A DNA stretch of 64,000 bases from Magallana gigas. Taxonomy: Eukaryota. The notes under the pieces are model-generated. The model was given only the letters and a program-made list of their open reading frames with translations, did not search any database and was not told where the DNA came from. The stretch is taken from assembly GCF_963853765.1 (NCBI RefSeq), contig NC_088857.1, positions 6,882,001-6,946,000 on the forward strand, read 5' to 3'. Shown here piece after piece: positions 37,628 to 52,300 of the stretch. Numbering within the stretch: the first letter of the stretch is position 1; each line of letters opens with the position of its first letter. The position numbers and the translations under genes are program-made.

Positions 37628-40600
37628 GAATAGTTTAAAGGAAAATATATTTTGAATAAAAATATACTAATTTCTTGTATCACGGAATATTTTTGAAAAT
37701 GAATTCATAAAAGGCTTTACCGGAACCAAAACAAAAAGAGTAAGATTACAATCACTACAACTTCCTTGTTGTTTGTGACCTACATGTCTTTTGTTTGACC
37801 CTGACCTCAATTAACCTTGGTCTATTTTTATCACAATCTAACATTGCGTAGTTGTACGTGATTTCGCAGGATTTAACAGTATATCCTAAATTAACCTTTC
37901 AACGGATAACTTCCAACAATTATTCTTAAAATATACAACGCGATTCTAGATATTATTTTCATCTGCATAACATGGACACGGAACATAATAAAAGGGAATG
38001 CTCGCGTACAACTAATTGGTATAGATCAACACGTAACATGACCTATTACTAGTAATTTTCTGTGAATGAGTCTTTTACTTGTTGACCTTGCGATGAATTA
38101 GTGTTATCCGGGAATCCTGACATAAAATAGACTTATATCAAGACGGATATTAGCCAACAAACTTTAAAAGAATTATGAATAGAAAACTTACCCAAATCAG
38201 GACGTTGTTAAATATTTTAAAGGAAAATTTAATGCTAAATAAATATTATTTTTTGGGGACATTTCATGACAACGAGTGGTTAAATCTTTATTGAAGACAC
38301 CAAACAATACAAGCTGATAAACAAACAAATTCATTCAATGCACTACGATCGATTATGGTTTTCAAAAATCTATACAAAAAACCAATGTAAATTTCTTTGA
38401 TATAATATAAGAATAATTCAAACCGATTCTGGAATTTAATCATCGGTTACAGAAGTTTTTTTTTTCTAATTTCGATGAAAGTTTCATTCTGAATGCAAAA
38501 TTTTATATACCATGTTTGTTTATGAATTATTAATCTTCAATGGCCTTAGAACAAATTGTGTATTTCTTTAAAAATTTAACTACGTTTTAAAAGTTCAATG
38601 ACATGAATCATTTGGCAGCAGTCAGACCCTTTATTACAAAATCATACCTTTATAACCCTCATTTGTTAAATATAGAACAATATACACAGAAGACACAATA
38701 TACAAAATTAAGCAAAATTTAAGTAGCGACAAAAACATTTTTGACATACATTTAACTCACTTAACTTACTATAATTTATCATGAACTTTTTGAGTCTCTG
38801 CTGCCTTACATGTTTTCGTCGAGTAATATTTTTTAATATACATCATTGTATGCCGAGAAAATCGATTGTATGTATTCTCCATATATATGCAATTTTTACG
38901 CTTTGATTCATTCGACAATATGAAGAAACGAATTTAATCGCAAAGCGCATTTCGTTTGAATTTTTTTTTAAATCTTCGGTATAATTGACTGTTGAATGTA
39001 AAAAAAACGCATGAACTTTACATTAATTTCATATATAAAGTTAAAGAATCAAACAAGCAGGAAGTTTTGTTTTTCTTAACATCTTTGGTTAAATTCTGGT
39101 AATAATTACAAATTTTGCCATAGTTAAATCAGTTAGTCATAGACCTATTGACATGAAAGGTAATTAATAAGTGAAATATATTAACATTGATTCGAAGCAT
39201 TGTAAGGAATATTTTTAAATGTCATCTGGAATGTAGGGTTGACAATTCGTCATGAAAGTGGTAGGGGACCCGAAATTAAATGAAGGCGTACTATGACTAG
39301 TTGCAGGAATTATAAAGTGATAAAATTATCACCAGGTTATTGGGTACACACGGCTCTTACGATATTTTCAATACCAATCGTTCTAAGAACGACTTTTATA
39401 TGAAAGAAAGTGTTTTTCTTGGAACATGTTTTGTTCCTGTTTGTTATGTGACGAACCTTTATCATTTTGTTTATACAAGGAATATCTGCTAAATTTAAGA
39501 GGGTTCGATCATCGTGGCAATTTTAGACTGTATTGATAGCCTTTAATAGGAGAGATCTGTATCAAAATGTAAAAGATTTGAACTATTTGTAAATTTTGAA
39601 AGGTGCAAATATTGAAACAGTGATGGTTTATTCATATGGAAATGGACAATCCCACGCCCTATGAGTGTTCACTTTGCTATTAGCTAACACAGCACAGACA
39701 GACGTACTATATAAGATGAAGTAAAGTCTATATGTATCAAAGGTCTTGCTAAGTCTTAAACAAGTCTTGTCTCCTAGGCTTTAATATGAAGAATGTCTTA
39801 AAACACAAAGAACTTCTGCAAGGAAATCCACTGACAAAAAAACCCAACTTTACAAATTGAAAAACCAATAGATTTCCTCCGTAAAAAACACCTTTTGATT
39901 GACCATATAAGGTCCATATATCCCGAGGGCCTTAATTAACTTGACCCAGGTAAACCTAAGTGTTCTACCTGGGTGATTTAATATAAAACTTCATGTATTG
40001 CCAAAATATATTATATCTTAACTAATCAATATCAATACTGTAATAAGATTTATTATTATAATAATTAATAAATTTCATACTATTACAATATCTATTTTTA
40101 TTCTTTACTTTATTATACTTTATAGCTGCACAATATCATGCCTTAAAATTATAGGCCGATCTGATGGTTGATTTATTGGTCATCCAGCCGCTTTGAATTG
40201 AATGTAAACTAGATCATTTCAATGTGTTTTGAAATGAAAACAGATTTTTATTCATATAATGCTGGACAAAATTTTGGCAAATAAACATTTCGCGATTTCG
40301 GAAAATCATTACGATGGAAAATAAACATAAGTTGACAACGACCTTTACTCATTTCATTGCACTGATATGCTATGGAGAAATGGAATTCTTCATTAGAGTA
40401 AAAGTTTGTTCATATATTAATTTTGTTATATTTTTGATGAAGTTTTTTCCTGCCTTATCTCACGGAAAAACAGTGAAACAATGTATAAGAATGCTATATA
40501 TATACGTTTATCAATTCTTGTAGTTCTTATGAAAACCGACTGTTTTTCGTTGGCAATAACTTATAAACATGAAATTTTTATTAGAACAGCTAATACAAAA

Positions 40601-43600
40601 TAAGGTAGAGTCGATTTTTTCTCTGTTTGTGACCTAATTGTCTCTTGATTCTTTGGGGGCCATATCCATTATTGCTTTAGAATATTCTATGTAATAATAC
40701 GCAAATCTGCGGCCACTCACCAATTAAAGATAATTTTTGAAAAATACCCTTCCTTAGCTTTAAACGTGATCAATGAGAAAATCTTGAATGAGTTTGTATG
40801 TTGCTTTTGAGATACATAACGCTACACATAAACCATTGATTTGTGGTAGATACAGATTACACTGCTTAATAAAGTAAAACTTACTGTGGTTTTTTGTATA
40901 TTTATGATTGAATCTCCTACTTGCAGTTTTCAATCGGGTTTTGAAAGTTGTTTGCCGTAAAAGCCTCACATGAAATGTTTATAGCTCAGCTGAAAATTCT
41001 GAATCTGAAACATAATAAGTAACACTTGATTAATAAAAGTTCTCCTTTTTCGGTTTTTATTCCTTTAATCAAGAATAAATTAGTTTTATTTATAAAATTT
41101 ATTTTAAACGGACAGTGGTGACAATATATTCACAGGAAACCTCTTTAAAACACGAGTAAACAATCAAACTAAATTGATTCTAGTAACAAAAAGCAATGTT
41201 AAAGAATTGAATTGATCATAACTTTCTATACATTTTAATACCAATAAAGCGATTCAATAGTGGTATTAAGGTGTATTATTCGGTGACAACGGACAAATCA
41301 ATGTATTATCTAAGATATACCCTTTAAAACCCAATATTGTTTTTGATTTTCCTTCAAACATTTTAAACCGTAAAACTCGTTCATTAAAATTTTGAAAAAA
41401 GTGAAAGATTTATCAAAAGTATTTAAACTGAATAATTTTGTTTACCCTGTTGTTACAGTAGCAGTATTGAGCATGTTTCAGAAAGTCTGTACTTGTGCTA
41501 TATAAGCCGTGTGTTTGTACCAAGAAATGATACATTTTCTATAAATAACCACAGTGTAAGTTGACATAACCATACGAGGAACATTAAAACTAAATTAGTT
41601 CAGCAAATAGTACAGTCGGAAGTTGTACTGAAAAAGTGTTTTTTCAAGTTAGCAGCCTAGTTCAGTGGGTTTCATAGTCAAAATTTGCTTTAATGAAAAC
41701 TCCCATTTCTCTGTTTGAAAAATCATTGTGTACTTAAAATTATTTTCAAATAGTTATCGTGAAGTGTCATACGGCTCTTACGTAAAACTGATTTTTCAAT
41801 TCGACTTTTTCACTACATGTTTCCTCCCCCGATTAATTTGCATAAAATAAATTGATTTATAAAACTGATACATAAATAACCTGTTACATTATTTTATTAA
41901 GATTTTTTCTTCTTTTAAAAATGTTGGTTATAACCGTATAGCCGGTATTTTGTCGAAATAAAAATTTGGCGGATTTGGACGTACAAGGTATACCATTAAT
42001 TTTGGCAAATATTATTTTTATGAGTCCATTTCCTTTCAGTAGAATTCTATTGTCATAAGATTTTAAATAGATCAGTATTTATTTCTCTTAAGCATGTACC
42101 CTAAGTCACCATTAAAAGGAGTACATTTTCATATCCGACCTGTTTTCCAACACTTTAATATTTTCTATATTTGATGTAAATAACACTTATTTTTGGAGGG
42201 CATACAAAAGTATCAAAAGTAAGTAATCATAAGTATTTTAATACTTATGCTCACCTCATTGAGTAAACATTTGGTGATTGTTTTTGTTAATTGTCAAAAT
42301 AGTTTCAAAACATTTCTTTGTGATTATTGTTGACGAATGCATAGGTCATTTAAATAAATATACCGATCACATTATCAGAGGTAATGTTACAGGGACGAAA
42401 TTACCCATAACCCTTTTGAATACATGTATTAAGGAATTCTTGTCAGGATGTGCTGTTTGTTAATACGTATCGCATTTCTTTTATTCATAGAAATATTGTT
42501 TCGCTCATCAAGAAAACTAATGAATTGTCTATTTGTATACAAATACTGTTTAAATTTTTTGTTTTACACCGTCCATGAAATGTGATTTACAATTGGACCG
42601 AACAGCTTGAAAAATATCAATGAAATGCTTTTGAAAAGTAGATTTGATCTTCCCACAATTTTCCAGGAAGTTTGAATTCTAAATAGAAGCGTTGCAGGCG
42701 TAGTGTGCATAGAGTCCAAAGGCATTAATGTATGTTCATTTTCCATAGGTTGGTTATTATGAATTGGCCTTATAGGTCCCTTTTATTTGACACATAAATA
42801 GCTTCCTTCTATACTCTATGCAAATGTTGCTTTGTGATTTGTAAGAATTTTTCGTTCATGTTATGATATAACATTATTTGTGTGTATGCAACATGTACTT
42901 TGTCAAGGACAGCAGGTTCACTTTTTTAATTACCTAAGTATTCCCGAGACGATATATAAACAACAGTCTTTATTAGTTATTTTGCGATTGGGTGAAACAC
43001 GGTTATTTTAGATGAAACGAAATCTTTAAGTGCATGTACACCTTAACCAATGAAATTAAATACATCCTTATACAGTGAAACAGTTTTGTTGCAATGTTGT
43101 AGATTGTGCAGTTATAACTTTCCTTTACCCTATCTTAATAAGAGAATATAAAAGATTTCCAAGAACCAATTAACCTTGCTCTCAGAGTCGGCTTTATAAT
43201 TATACTTCCTCTGAACATACTTAATCCAAAAGATAAAAAAGTTGAACTTAAACAAACAATGTTTTCCAGTTTGATGTGATCAACATATCTGTGACCCTAA
43301 TTGACATTGATGTAGTACGACAATTTATTTTCCAGTAATTGTACTTAAGTTTTTAGATATTTTACTTGTAAAATGTTTTCATTCTCATCAGCAATGCATA
43401 ATGCACTGTTGTTCGGCATATGGAACGAAAGAGTAAATAACTTTTGTTTTAGATCACGCTGTTTGCAACTATATTCATGGGTATTGTCTACTCCTGAGAT
43501 TTCAATTAATTTTGTTGATCTTGTTATGACCTTGTCATGTACCTCCACATTTGAATAAGGATTCGATTTAAATGAATCAATAATTGACTGTTTAAGCAAT

Positions 43601-43860
43601 CATTTGTAGTGTTTGCTAAGTCTGTCTTGTTGATGTTCCTGCTTTCTTAATACTTGGATAAACATTTGTTTTAAATGTACAGTTCAAAGTATCAGTTTTT
43701 GAAATGAAGTTTTAAATATACAAAACTGAATAATATCTTGAAACGTGTTTCAGTAACGTAGATGAACTATAAACTATCATTTGTAGTTTTACTGTACTTA
43801 AGCTTTCTTTACAGTCAAGATAATAGAAATAAATACTACGTAAGTATACACCTCTATAAA

Positions 43861-43864
<4 letters not shown>

Positions 43865-43908
<44 letters not shown>
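43865..43908. repeat. (TC)22 microsatellite
   Basis: Read directly from the sequence. Confidence 0.95.
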
Positions 43909-43911
<3 letters not shown>

Positions 43912-46261
43912 ATTCAATTGTTTAACATTCACCAAATTCAAAGCCGTTTCTCGGAAATGGTGAACTGTGATAATAAACACTCTTTCGTACATCGGAAAAG
44001 TGATCCGAAACTTAAACTAATAAGTTTAATTTAAGTTTCTGTCGTGTAGGCGTTCGATTTGTCATTACCTAAATTTAGTCTGATCCTTTCTTGTGACTAC
44101 GTTAAGAATAAAATAAATGAACAAGCAGCTAACTCCAAAAAGGAATGCTAATTTTCGATATACATTAACTCCAACCTTTAATAATTTCTGTTTTGAAAAT
44201 GTAAAAACATAATCTGGTGTTTATCTTTGTTAGATATGCGATTTACTTTACTAAAGAATTATTGCTGTGCATAACCTATTGGTTTAAAATTAAATGTGTT
44301 CGTTTATCGGTTATTACTATTTCAGGAATTTCAATGACTGAATTTCGTACTTGTTGACCTTGCTTTAATATTTGTGAAATTGACAAAAGAGCTTGACACG
44401 AAACACAAAAATTTTCATCTTATCTGAAATGTAAAAAGAACACTTAATCAATTTAAGACGTTGACAACGATTTTCCCGAAGGGATTTCAATCTATAATTA
44501 AGTTCGGCTTTTCTCTATACCTCTTTGAGAAGGACAGTTGTAATGTTATCTTTCTCAGAGACTTCAGTGCCGAGATTTCGTGCCAGTTACAACAATTCAA
44601 CACGGATTCCATAATAACAAATATAGGAGTACATTTACTTTTTTAATTAGTTCAGTCAGTTAAGTCTGTCAGAATGACTTTAATTTACATGCATGATTTA
44701 TCGAATCATGTGTTTGTATTCGTCACTATTAAGCGTATTAGTCAAACAGATGTCGAACACAGAACATGTCGAACATCCTACATAACATGACAAATCTTCG
44801 CAATAACTGTGTGTGTGTGACAATTAACATGCATGTGCATTTGGACTAAGTACTAATGCATGTACTGTCAGTAATTAGGACTAATGTATTCATGCAAAGA
44901 ACAATCAAAATTAGTTTATTTAAACTTGAACAAATAATTGGAATTGTGCAAAGCAATGTAAAATGCTCAAAAGAAAGCCAAAAGTAGTTGAGTATCACTG
45001 TATCAATTTATATATCAAGAATTACTATAAAGAAAAAAATGTATTCGAAGACTTTATAAGAATTCTACATGTAAATTTCCATTCAGACTGGATATTCTTA
45101 AAGTGCTTTTCGCATTGAATATTCTGAATCTTTGTTCATTTCAAACTAGTAACAGTAAGTTTGAATTTTGAATTTTTACTACCGTTTTGAATGAAATATG
45201 AGGAATGTAGAGAAAACTATTTTATATAAGTCAATATTGTAGATTTTTACATTATCAAGAATTCTCATCCAAGATATTTTTGCATTCAGGAAGCAATGCG
45301 ACTACATAACCGTATGCTGTTTTACTATCCTTGTCAAATCTACTGTTTAGTGTGCAAGGGTTTATTCCAAATAAGTTTTTTTGATAGAGACGCAGAATAA
45401 GATTTTATATGTATGTATCAATGACCATTACAGATCCTTTTATCACAGAGAGCTAGTTATTTTTCTTCTTTTTAAATGCATAGTGAAAGCTTTTCCTATA
45501 ACGGCAATAAGACTCATAAATTCTCTGAGCAATGAACTTGCTCTTAGAGGCTTTGTGGACTGAATCAAATTGCTTATATATACCTCTCTTCTCCCGGACA
45601 AACTGTAAATTTTTTGTCGGTTCAGATTTTTGTGGACATATATATCCCAACAAACGTTTTCACGGAACGAAAGTTTGTAGTGTTGTCAATTATGTGTGTC
45701 ATTTTAATTTAATTCATTCTACAGTGTCAATACATTGGACTATTTTTAGAAGGATTTTACAAAATCATAGTTTTTTGATCACTCTCATTGGTAGATGTAT
45801 AATTTTTACCCATGGTACAGACTTTCTAAAATGACACAATATTCTGTTAATCAACATGTATACTAGAATTTGATATATGTATACGTTTTGATAAATGGTT
45901 TACATATTAATAAAAATCTGCTGGTATTAAATATACGTGTTGATATCATTTGATTAATGTATCATCCTTATATAACCTCCTAGAATTATCATCAAAAGAT
46001 ACTTTAGTCACAATAAATACAACTTTAAGAACTGTTTTATGTCAGCAGAGTCAATTTATTTCTTTTCGTTCCCGGTATCTTATGTTCAAACAGTAATTTT
46101 TTCTCATATATAGTATGCAGGGCTAACAACAGTCAAAGAAATTGTTTAGCGTTTAACACACTTGATGTGATATTTATTTTTAAAAATATAATATTTCAGG
46201 ATCATAAAATTAATCGACGACATAAAATGCAAAAATGAACTGATTCAATTTATGACCACCA

Positions 46262-46266
46262 CTCTC

Positions 46267-46345
<79 letters not shown>
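46262..46345. repeat. (CT)4-(CTGT)n compound microsatellite
   Basis: Read directly from the sequence. Confidence 0.95.
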
Positions 46346-49300
46346 CGCGATTCTAGATATCATTTTCATCTGCATAACATGGACACGGAACATAATAAAA
46401 GGGAATGCTCGCGTACAACTAATTGGTAAAGATCAACACATAACATGACCTATAACTAGTAATTTTCTGTGAATGAGTCTTTTACTTGTTGGCCTTGCGA
46501 TGAATTAGTGTTATCCGGGAATCCTGACATAAAATAGACTTATATCAAGAGGGATATTAGCCAACAAACTTTAAAAGAATTATGAATAGAAAACTTACCC
46601 AAATCAGGTCGTTGTTAAACATTTTAAAGGAAAATTTAATGCTAAATAAATATTATTTTTTGGGGACATTTCATGACAACGAGTGGTTAAATCTTTATTG
46701 AAGACACCAAACGATTATGGTTTTAAAAAATCTATACAAAAAACCAATGTAAATTTCTTTGATATAATATAAGAATAATTCAAACCGATTCTGGAATTTA
46801 ATCATCGGTTACAGAAGTTTTTTTTTTCTAATTTCGATGAAAGTTTCATTCTGAATGCAAAATTTTATATACCATGTTTGTTTATGAATTATTAATCTTC
46901 AATGGCCTTAGAACAAATTGTGTATTTCTTTAAAAATTTAACTACGTTTTAAAAGTTCAATGACATGAATCATTTGGCAGCAGTCAGAACCTTTATTACA
47001 AAATCATACCTTTATAACCCTCATTTGTTAAATATAAAACAATATACACAGAAGACACAATATACAAAATTAAGCAAAATTTAAGCAGCGACAAAAACAT
47101 TTTTGACATACATTTAACTCACTTAACTTACTATAATTTATCATGAACTTTTTGTGTCTCTGCTGCCTTACATGTTTTCGTCGAGTAATATTTTTTAATA
47201 TAAATTATTGTATGCCGAAAAAATCGATTGTATGTATTCTCCATATATATGCAATTTTTACGCTTTGATTCATTCGACAATATGAAGAAACGAATTTAAT
47301 CGCAAAGCGCATTTCGTTTGAATTTTTTTTTAAATCTTCGGTATAATTGACTGTTGAATGTAAAAAACGCATGAACTTTACATTAATTTCATATATAAAG
47401 TTAAAGAATCAAACAAGCAGGAAGTTTTGTTTTTCTTAATAACATCTTTGGTTAAATTCTGGTAATAATTACAAATTTTGCCATAGTTAAATCAGTTAGT
47501 CATAGACCTATTGACATGAAAGGTAATTAATAAGTGAAATATATAAACATTGATTCGAAGCATTGTAAGGAATATTTTTAAATGTCATCTGGAAATTAGG
47601 GTTGACATTTCGTCATGAAAGTGGTAGGGGACCCGAAATTAAATGAAGGCGTACTATGACTAGTTGCAGGAATTATAAAGTGATAAAATTATCACCAGGT
47701 TATTGGGTACACACGGCTCTTACGATATTTTCAATACCAATCGTTCTAAGAACGACTTTTATATGAAAGAAAGTGTTTTTCTTGGAACATGTTTTGTTCC
47801 TGTTTGTTATGTGACGAACCTTTATCATTTTGTTTATACAAGGACTTTCTGCTAAATTTAAGAGGGTTCGATCATCGTGGCCATTTTTAGACTGTATTGA
47901 TACCCTTTAATAGGAGAGCTCTGTATCAAAATGTAAGAGATTTGAACTATTTGTAAATTTTGAAAGGTGCAAATATTGAAACAGTGATGGTTCATTCATA
48001 TGGAAATGGACAATCCCACGCCCTATGAGTGTTCACTTTGCTATTAGCTAACACAGCACAGACAGACGTACTATATAAGATGAAGTAAAGTCTATATGTA
48101 TCAAAGGTCTTGCTAAGTCTTAAACAAGTCTTGTCTCCTAGGCTTTAATATGAAGAATGTCTTAAAACACAAAGAACTTCTGGAAGGAAATCCACTGACA
48201 AAAAAACCCAACTATACAAATTTAAAAACCAATAGATTTCCTCCGTAAAAAAACACCTTTTGATTGACCATATAAGGTCCATATATCCCGAGGGCCTTAA
48301 TTAACTTGACCCAGGTAAACCTAAGTGTTCTACCTGGGTGATTTAATATAAAACTTCATGTATTGCCAAAATATATAATATTTTAACTAATCAATATCAA
48401 TACTGTGATTAGATTTATTGTTATAATGATTAATAAATTTCATACTATTACAATATCTTTTTTTATTCTTTACTTTATTATACTTTATAGCTGCACAATA
48501 TCATGTGTTAAAATCATAGGCCGATCTGATGGTTGATTTAATGGTTATCCAGCCGCTTTGAAATGAATGTAAACTAGATCATTTCGATGTGTTTTGAAAT
48601 GAAAACAGATTTTTATTCATATAATGCTGGACAAAATTTTGGCAAATAAACATTTCGCGATTTCGGAAAATCATTACGATGGAAAATAAACATAAGTTGA
48701 CAACGACCTTTACTCATTTCATTGCACTGATATGCTATGGAGAAATGGAATTCTTCATTAGAGTAAAAGTTTGTTCATATATTAATTTTGTTATATTTTT
48801 GATGAAGTTTTTTTCTGCCTTATCTCACGGAAAAACAGTGAAACAATGTATAAGAATGCTATATATATACGTTTATCAATTCTTGTAGTTCTTATGAAAA
48901 CCTACTGTTTTTCGTTGGCAATAACTTATAAACATGAAATTTTTATTAGAACAGCTAATACAAAATAAGGTAGAGTCGATTTTTTCTCTGTTTGTGACCT
49001 AATTGTCTCTTGATTCTTTGGGGGCCATATCCATTATTGCTTTAGAATATTCTATGTAATAATACGCAAATCTGCGGCCACTCACCAATTTAAGATAAAT
49101 TTTGAAGAATACCCTTCCTTAGCTTTAAACGTGATCAATGAGAAAATCATGAATGAGTTTGTATGTTGCTTTTGAGATACATAACTCTACACATAAACCA
49201 TTGATTTGTGGTAGATATAGATTACATTGCTTAATAAATTAAGTAAAACTTACTGTGGTTTTATGTATATTTATGATTGAATCTCCTACTTGCAGTTTTC

Positions 49301-52300
49301 AATCGGGTTTTGAAAGTTGTTTGCCGTAAAAGCCTCACATGAAATGTTTATAGCTCAAATGAAAATTCTGAATCTGAAACATAATAAGTAACACTTGATT
49401 AATAAAAGTTCTCCTTTTTCATTTTTTAGTCCTTTAATCAAGAATAAATTTGAGTTTTATTCATTAAATTTATTTTAAACAGACAGTGGTGACAATATAT
49501 TAGTAGTAACCTCTTTAAAACACCAATAAAGAATCAAACTAAATTGATTCTAGTAACAAAAAGCAATGTTAAAGAATTGAATTAATCATAACTTTCTATA
49601 CATTTTAATACCAATAAAGCGATAAAATAATGGTATTAAGGTGTATTATTCGGTAACAACGGCTAAAACAATGTATTTTCTAAGAAATACCCTTTAAAAC
49701 CCAATATTGTTTTTGATTTTCCTTCAAAAGTTTTAAACCGTAAAACTTGTTCATTCTAATTTTGAAAAAAGTAAAGGGTTTATCAAAAGTATTTAAACTG
49801 AATAATTTTGTTTACCCTGTTGTTACAGTAGCAGTATTGAGCATGTTTCGGAAAGTCTGTACTTGTGCTTTATAAGCCGTGTGTTTGTAACAAGAATTGA
49901 TACATTTTCTATAAATAACCACAGTGTAAGTGGACATACCCATACGAGGAACATTAGAAATAAATTGGTTCAGCAAATAGTACAATCGGAAGTTGTACTG
50001 AAAAAGTGTTTTTTCAAGTTAGCAACCTAGTTCAGTGGGTTTCATAGTCAAAATTTGCTTTTATGAAAACACCCATTTTCTGTATGAAAAATCATTGTGT
50101 ACTTAAAATTGTTTTCAAAGTCGATAAGTTATAGTTATCGTGAAGTGTCATATGACTTTAACGTAAAACTGATTTTTCAGTTCGACTTTAGCACTCATTA
50201 CCATTAAATTGCATAAAATAAATTGATTTATAAAACTAATACACGAATAACCTGTTACATTGTTTTATTAAGATTTGTTTTTTTACAAAATGTTGGTTAT
50301 TACCGTAAAGCCGGTCTTTTGGCGAAATAAAAATTTGGCGGATTTGGGCCTACAAGTTATACTATTAATTTTCGCAAATATGATTTTTATGAGTCCATTT
50401 CCTTCCAGTAGAATTCTAATAGATGAGAACTTATTTCTCTGAAGCATATACCCTAAGTCACCATTAAAAGGGGTAAATTTTCATATCCGACCTGGCTTCC
50501 AACACTTTAATATTTTCCTATATTTGAGGTAAATGATATAATTGTTTATGTAGTCATACAAATATAATATTGTGCGTTTACAAGGGGGAAATTACCCTTC
50601 TGAATACATGTATTAAAGAATTCTTGTCAGGGTGTGCTTTTTTGTTTTTTATCCTTTTCGCATTTCTTTTATTCATGTTCTTTTTGTTTTACTCATCAAG
50701 AAACTAACAAATTGCCTATTTATATATAAATACTGTTTAAAGTTATTGTTTTACAGCGTCCATGAAATATGATTTACAGTTGGACCGAACAGCTTGAAAA
50801 ATATCAATGAAATGTTTTTCAAAGTTAGTTTTATGATTCCCACAATTTTCCAGGAAGTTTGAATTTTAATAGAAGCGTTGCATAGAGTCCAACAGCATAA
50901 ATGATGTTCATTTTCCATAGGTGGGTTATTATGAATTGACCTTGTAGGTAACTTTAATTTGACAAATAAATAGCTTCCTTCTTTACTGTATGCAAATAAT
51001 GCTGTGTAATTTGTAAGAAATTTATGTTCAAGTTATAATATAAGATTATTTGTGTGTATCTAACATCTACATTGTAATGGACAGAAAATTCATGTTCTTA
51101 ATTACCTAAATTTTCCCGGGAAGATATATACAACAACAGTCTTTATCATTTATTTTGTGTGATTGGCTCAAACACGGTTATTCTACATGAAGTGAATTCT
51201 ATAAGTGCATGTACACCTTATAACCAATGAAACTAGATACATCGCCATACAGTGTAATAGCTTTGTTGCAATGTTGTAGAAAAAACTTTACACTTGTGCA
51301 GTTATAAGTTTCCTTTACCCTATCTTAATAAGAGAATATACAAGGTTTTCTAAGAGCCACATAACCTTGCTCTCTGAGTCGGCTTTATGATTTTACTTCA
51401 AGGCAGAAAAGTTAAACTTTAACAAACGATATTTTCAAGTTTGATATGATCGAAATATCTGTGACCCAATTGACATTAATGTACAGTAGTAAGACAAATT
51501 ATTTTCCAGTAATTGTACTTAAGTTTTTAGATATTTTACTTGTAAAAATCTTTTTCAGAATTTCCAAATTGATATTGTTTTCATTTTCATCTTTTATGCA
51601 TAATGATCTGTTGATCGGCATATGGAACGAAAGAGTCCATTGCTTTTGCTTTAGATCACACTGTTTGCAACTTTATACATGCGTATTGTATTATTCTGAG
51701 GTTTTCAATAAATGTTGTTGATTTTGTTATTGTCAAAAGATAATGATTAAAGCCTTATGTGATATTATACAATTATTGGTATGTTATTGGTCGATATGTG
51801 AATCATAAATAAGGTATTGGAGAAGTACAATATTTACCAAGCCCCCAGGCTGTAGTTTTCTCTAAAATGCCTGGTTTCTCTTCATCTCCTTAAAACTGTA
51901 TACCTTTTTGGTACAAAATAATAACCTAGCTCATTACGTTTAATCAACAGCGGTATAATAATATTCAAATGAATAGTTCTTGGCATGACATACTAGTGAA
52001 GGAATTCTAGCCAACCACAACTTTGTGATCAAAACTAAGGTGTGTGTTTTGCTTTTCCCAAAACAAGTTTATTTAAATAGAGACGTAGTGTCAGTTATAA
52101 TAGATTTGTATTTATTTCCCGTAAATCGGCCTTGAGCAATGACCCTAAAAGCCCCTTTATTATAGCTTTTTGCTTGTTGATATTTAAATTTAAGCTTATT
52201 TAGACATTGATATTTGAAAATGAGCCAAACCAGTGCTTTCTTTACGTGAACTGCATATATTTAGATTTTTTGTCGGGGCGAAGGGGGGGGGGGGGGGGTG

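Larger units (their letters stand above)
34651..43537. repeat. Large tandem unit U2 (contains the N gap)
   Basis: Colinear with U1 and U3. Confidence 0.9.
43538..51735. repeat. Large tandem unit U3
   Basis: Colinear with U2, including the near-identical MENKHKLTT... ORF at 40314 and 48679; homology ends at about 51730. Confidence 0.9.

Noticed and set aside
39548-39775. Possible 228-bp element with AGGAGA/TCTCCT ends, and a 9-bp hairpin at 39944-39974
   Set aside because: The inverted repeats are too short and the target duplication is unclear; the absence in U1 is more simply a deletion.
27715-44646. Plus-strand ORF family (M)TTIFPKGFQS...FEKDSC in three copies
   Set aside because: It spans an intron and exon C in antisense, starts with TTG in two copies and is not conserved in the older 15-kb copy.
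40314-48888. Twin 69-aa ORFs MENKHKLTT...
   Set aside because: AT-rich chance ORF duplicated with U2/U3 and deleted in U1; no coding signature.
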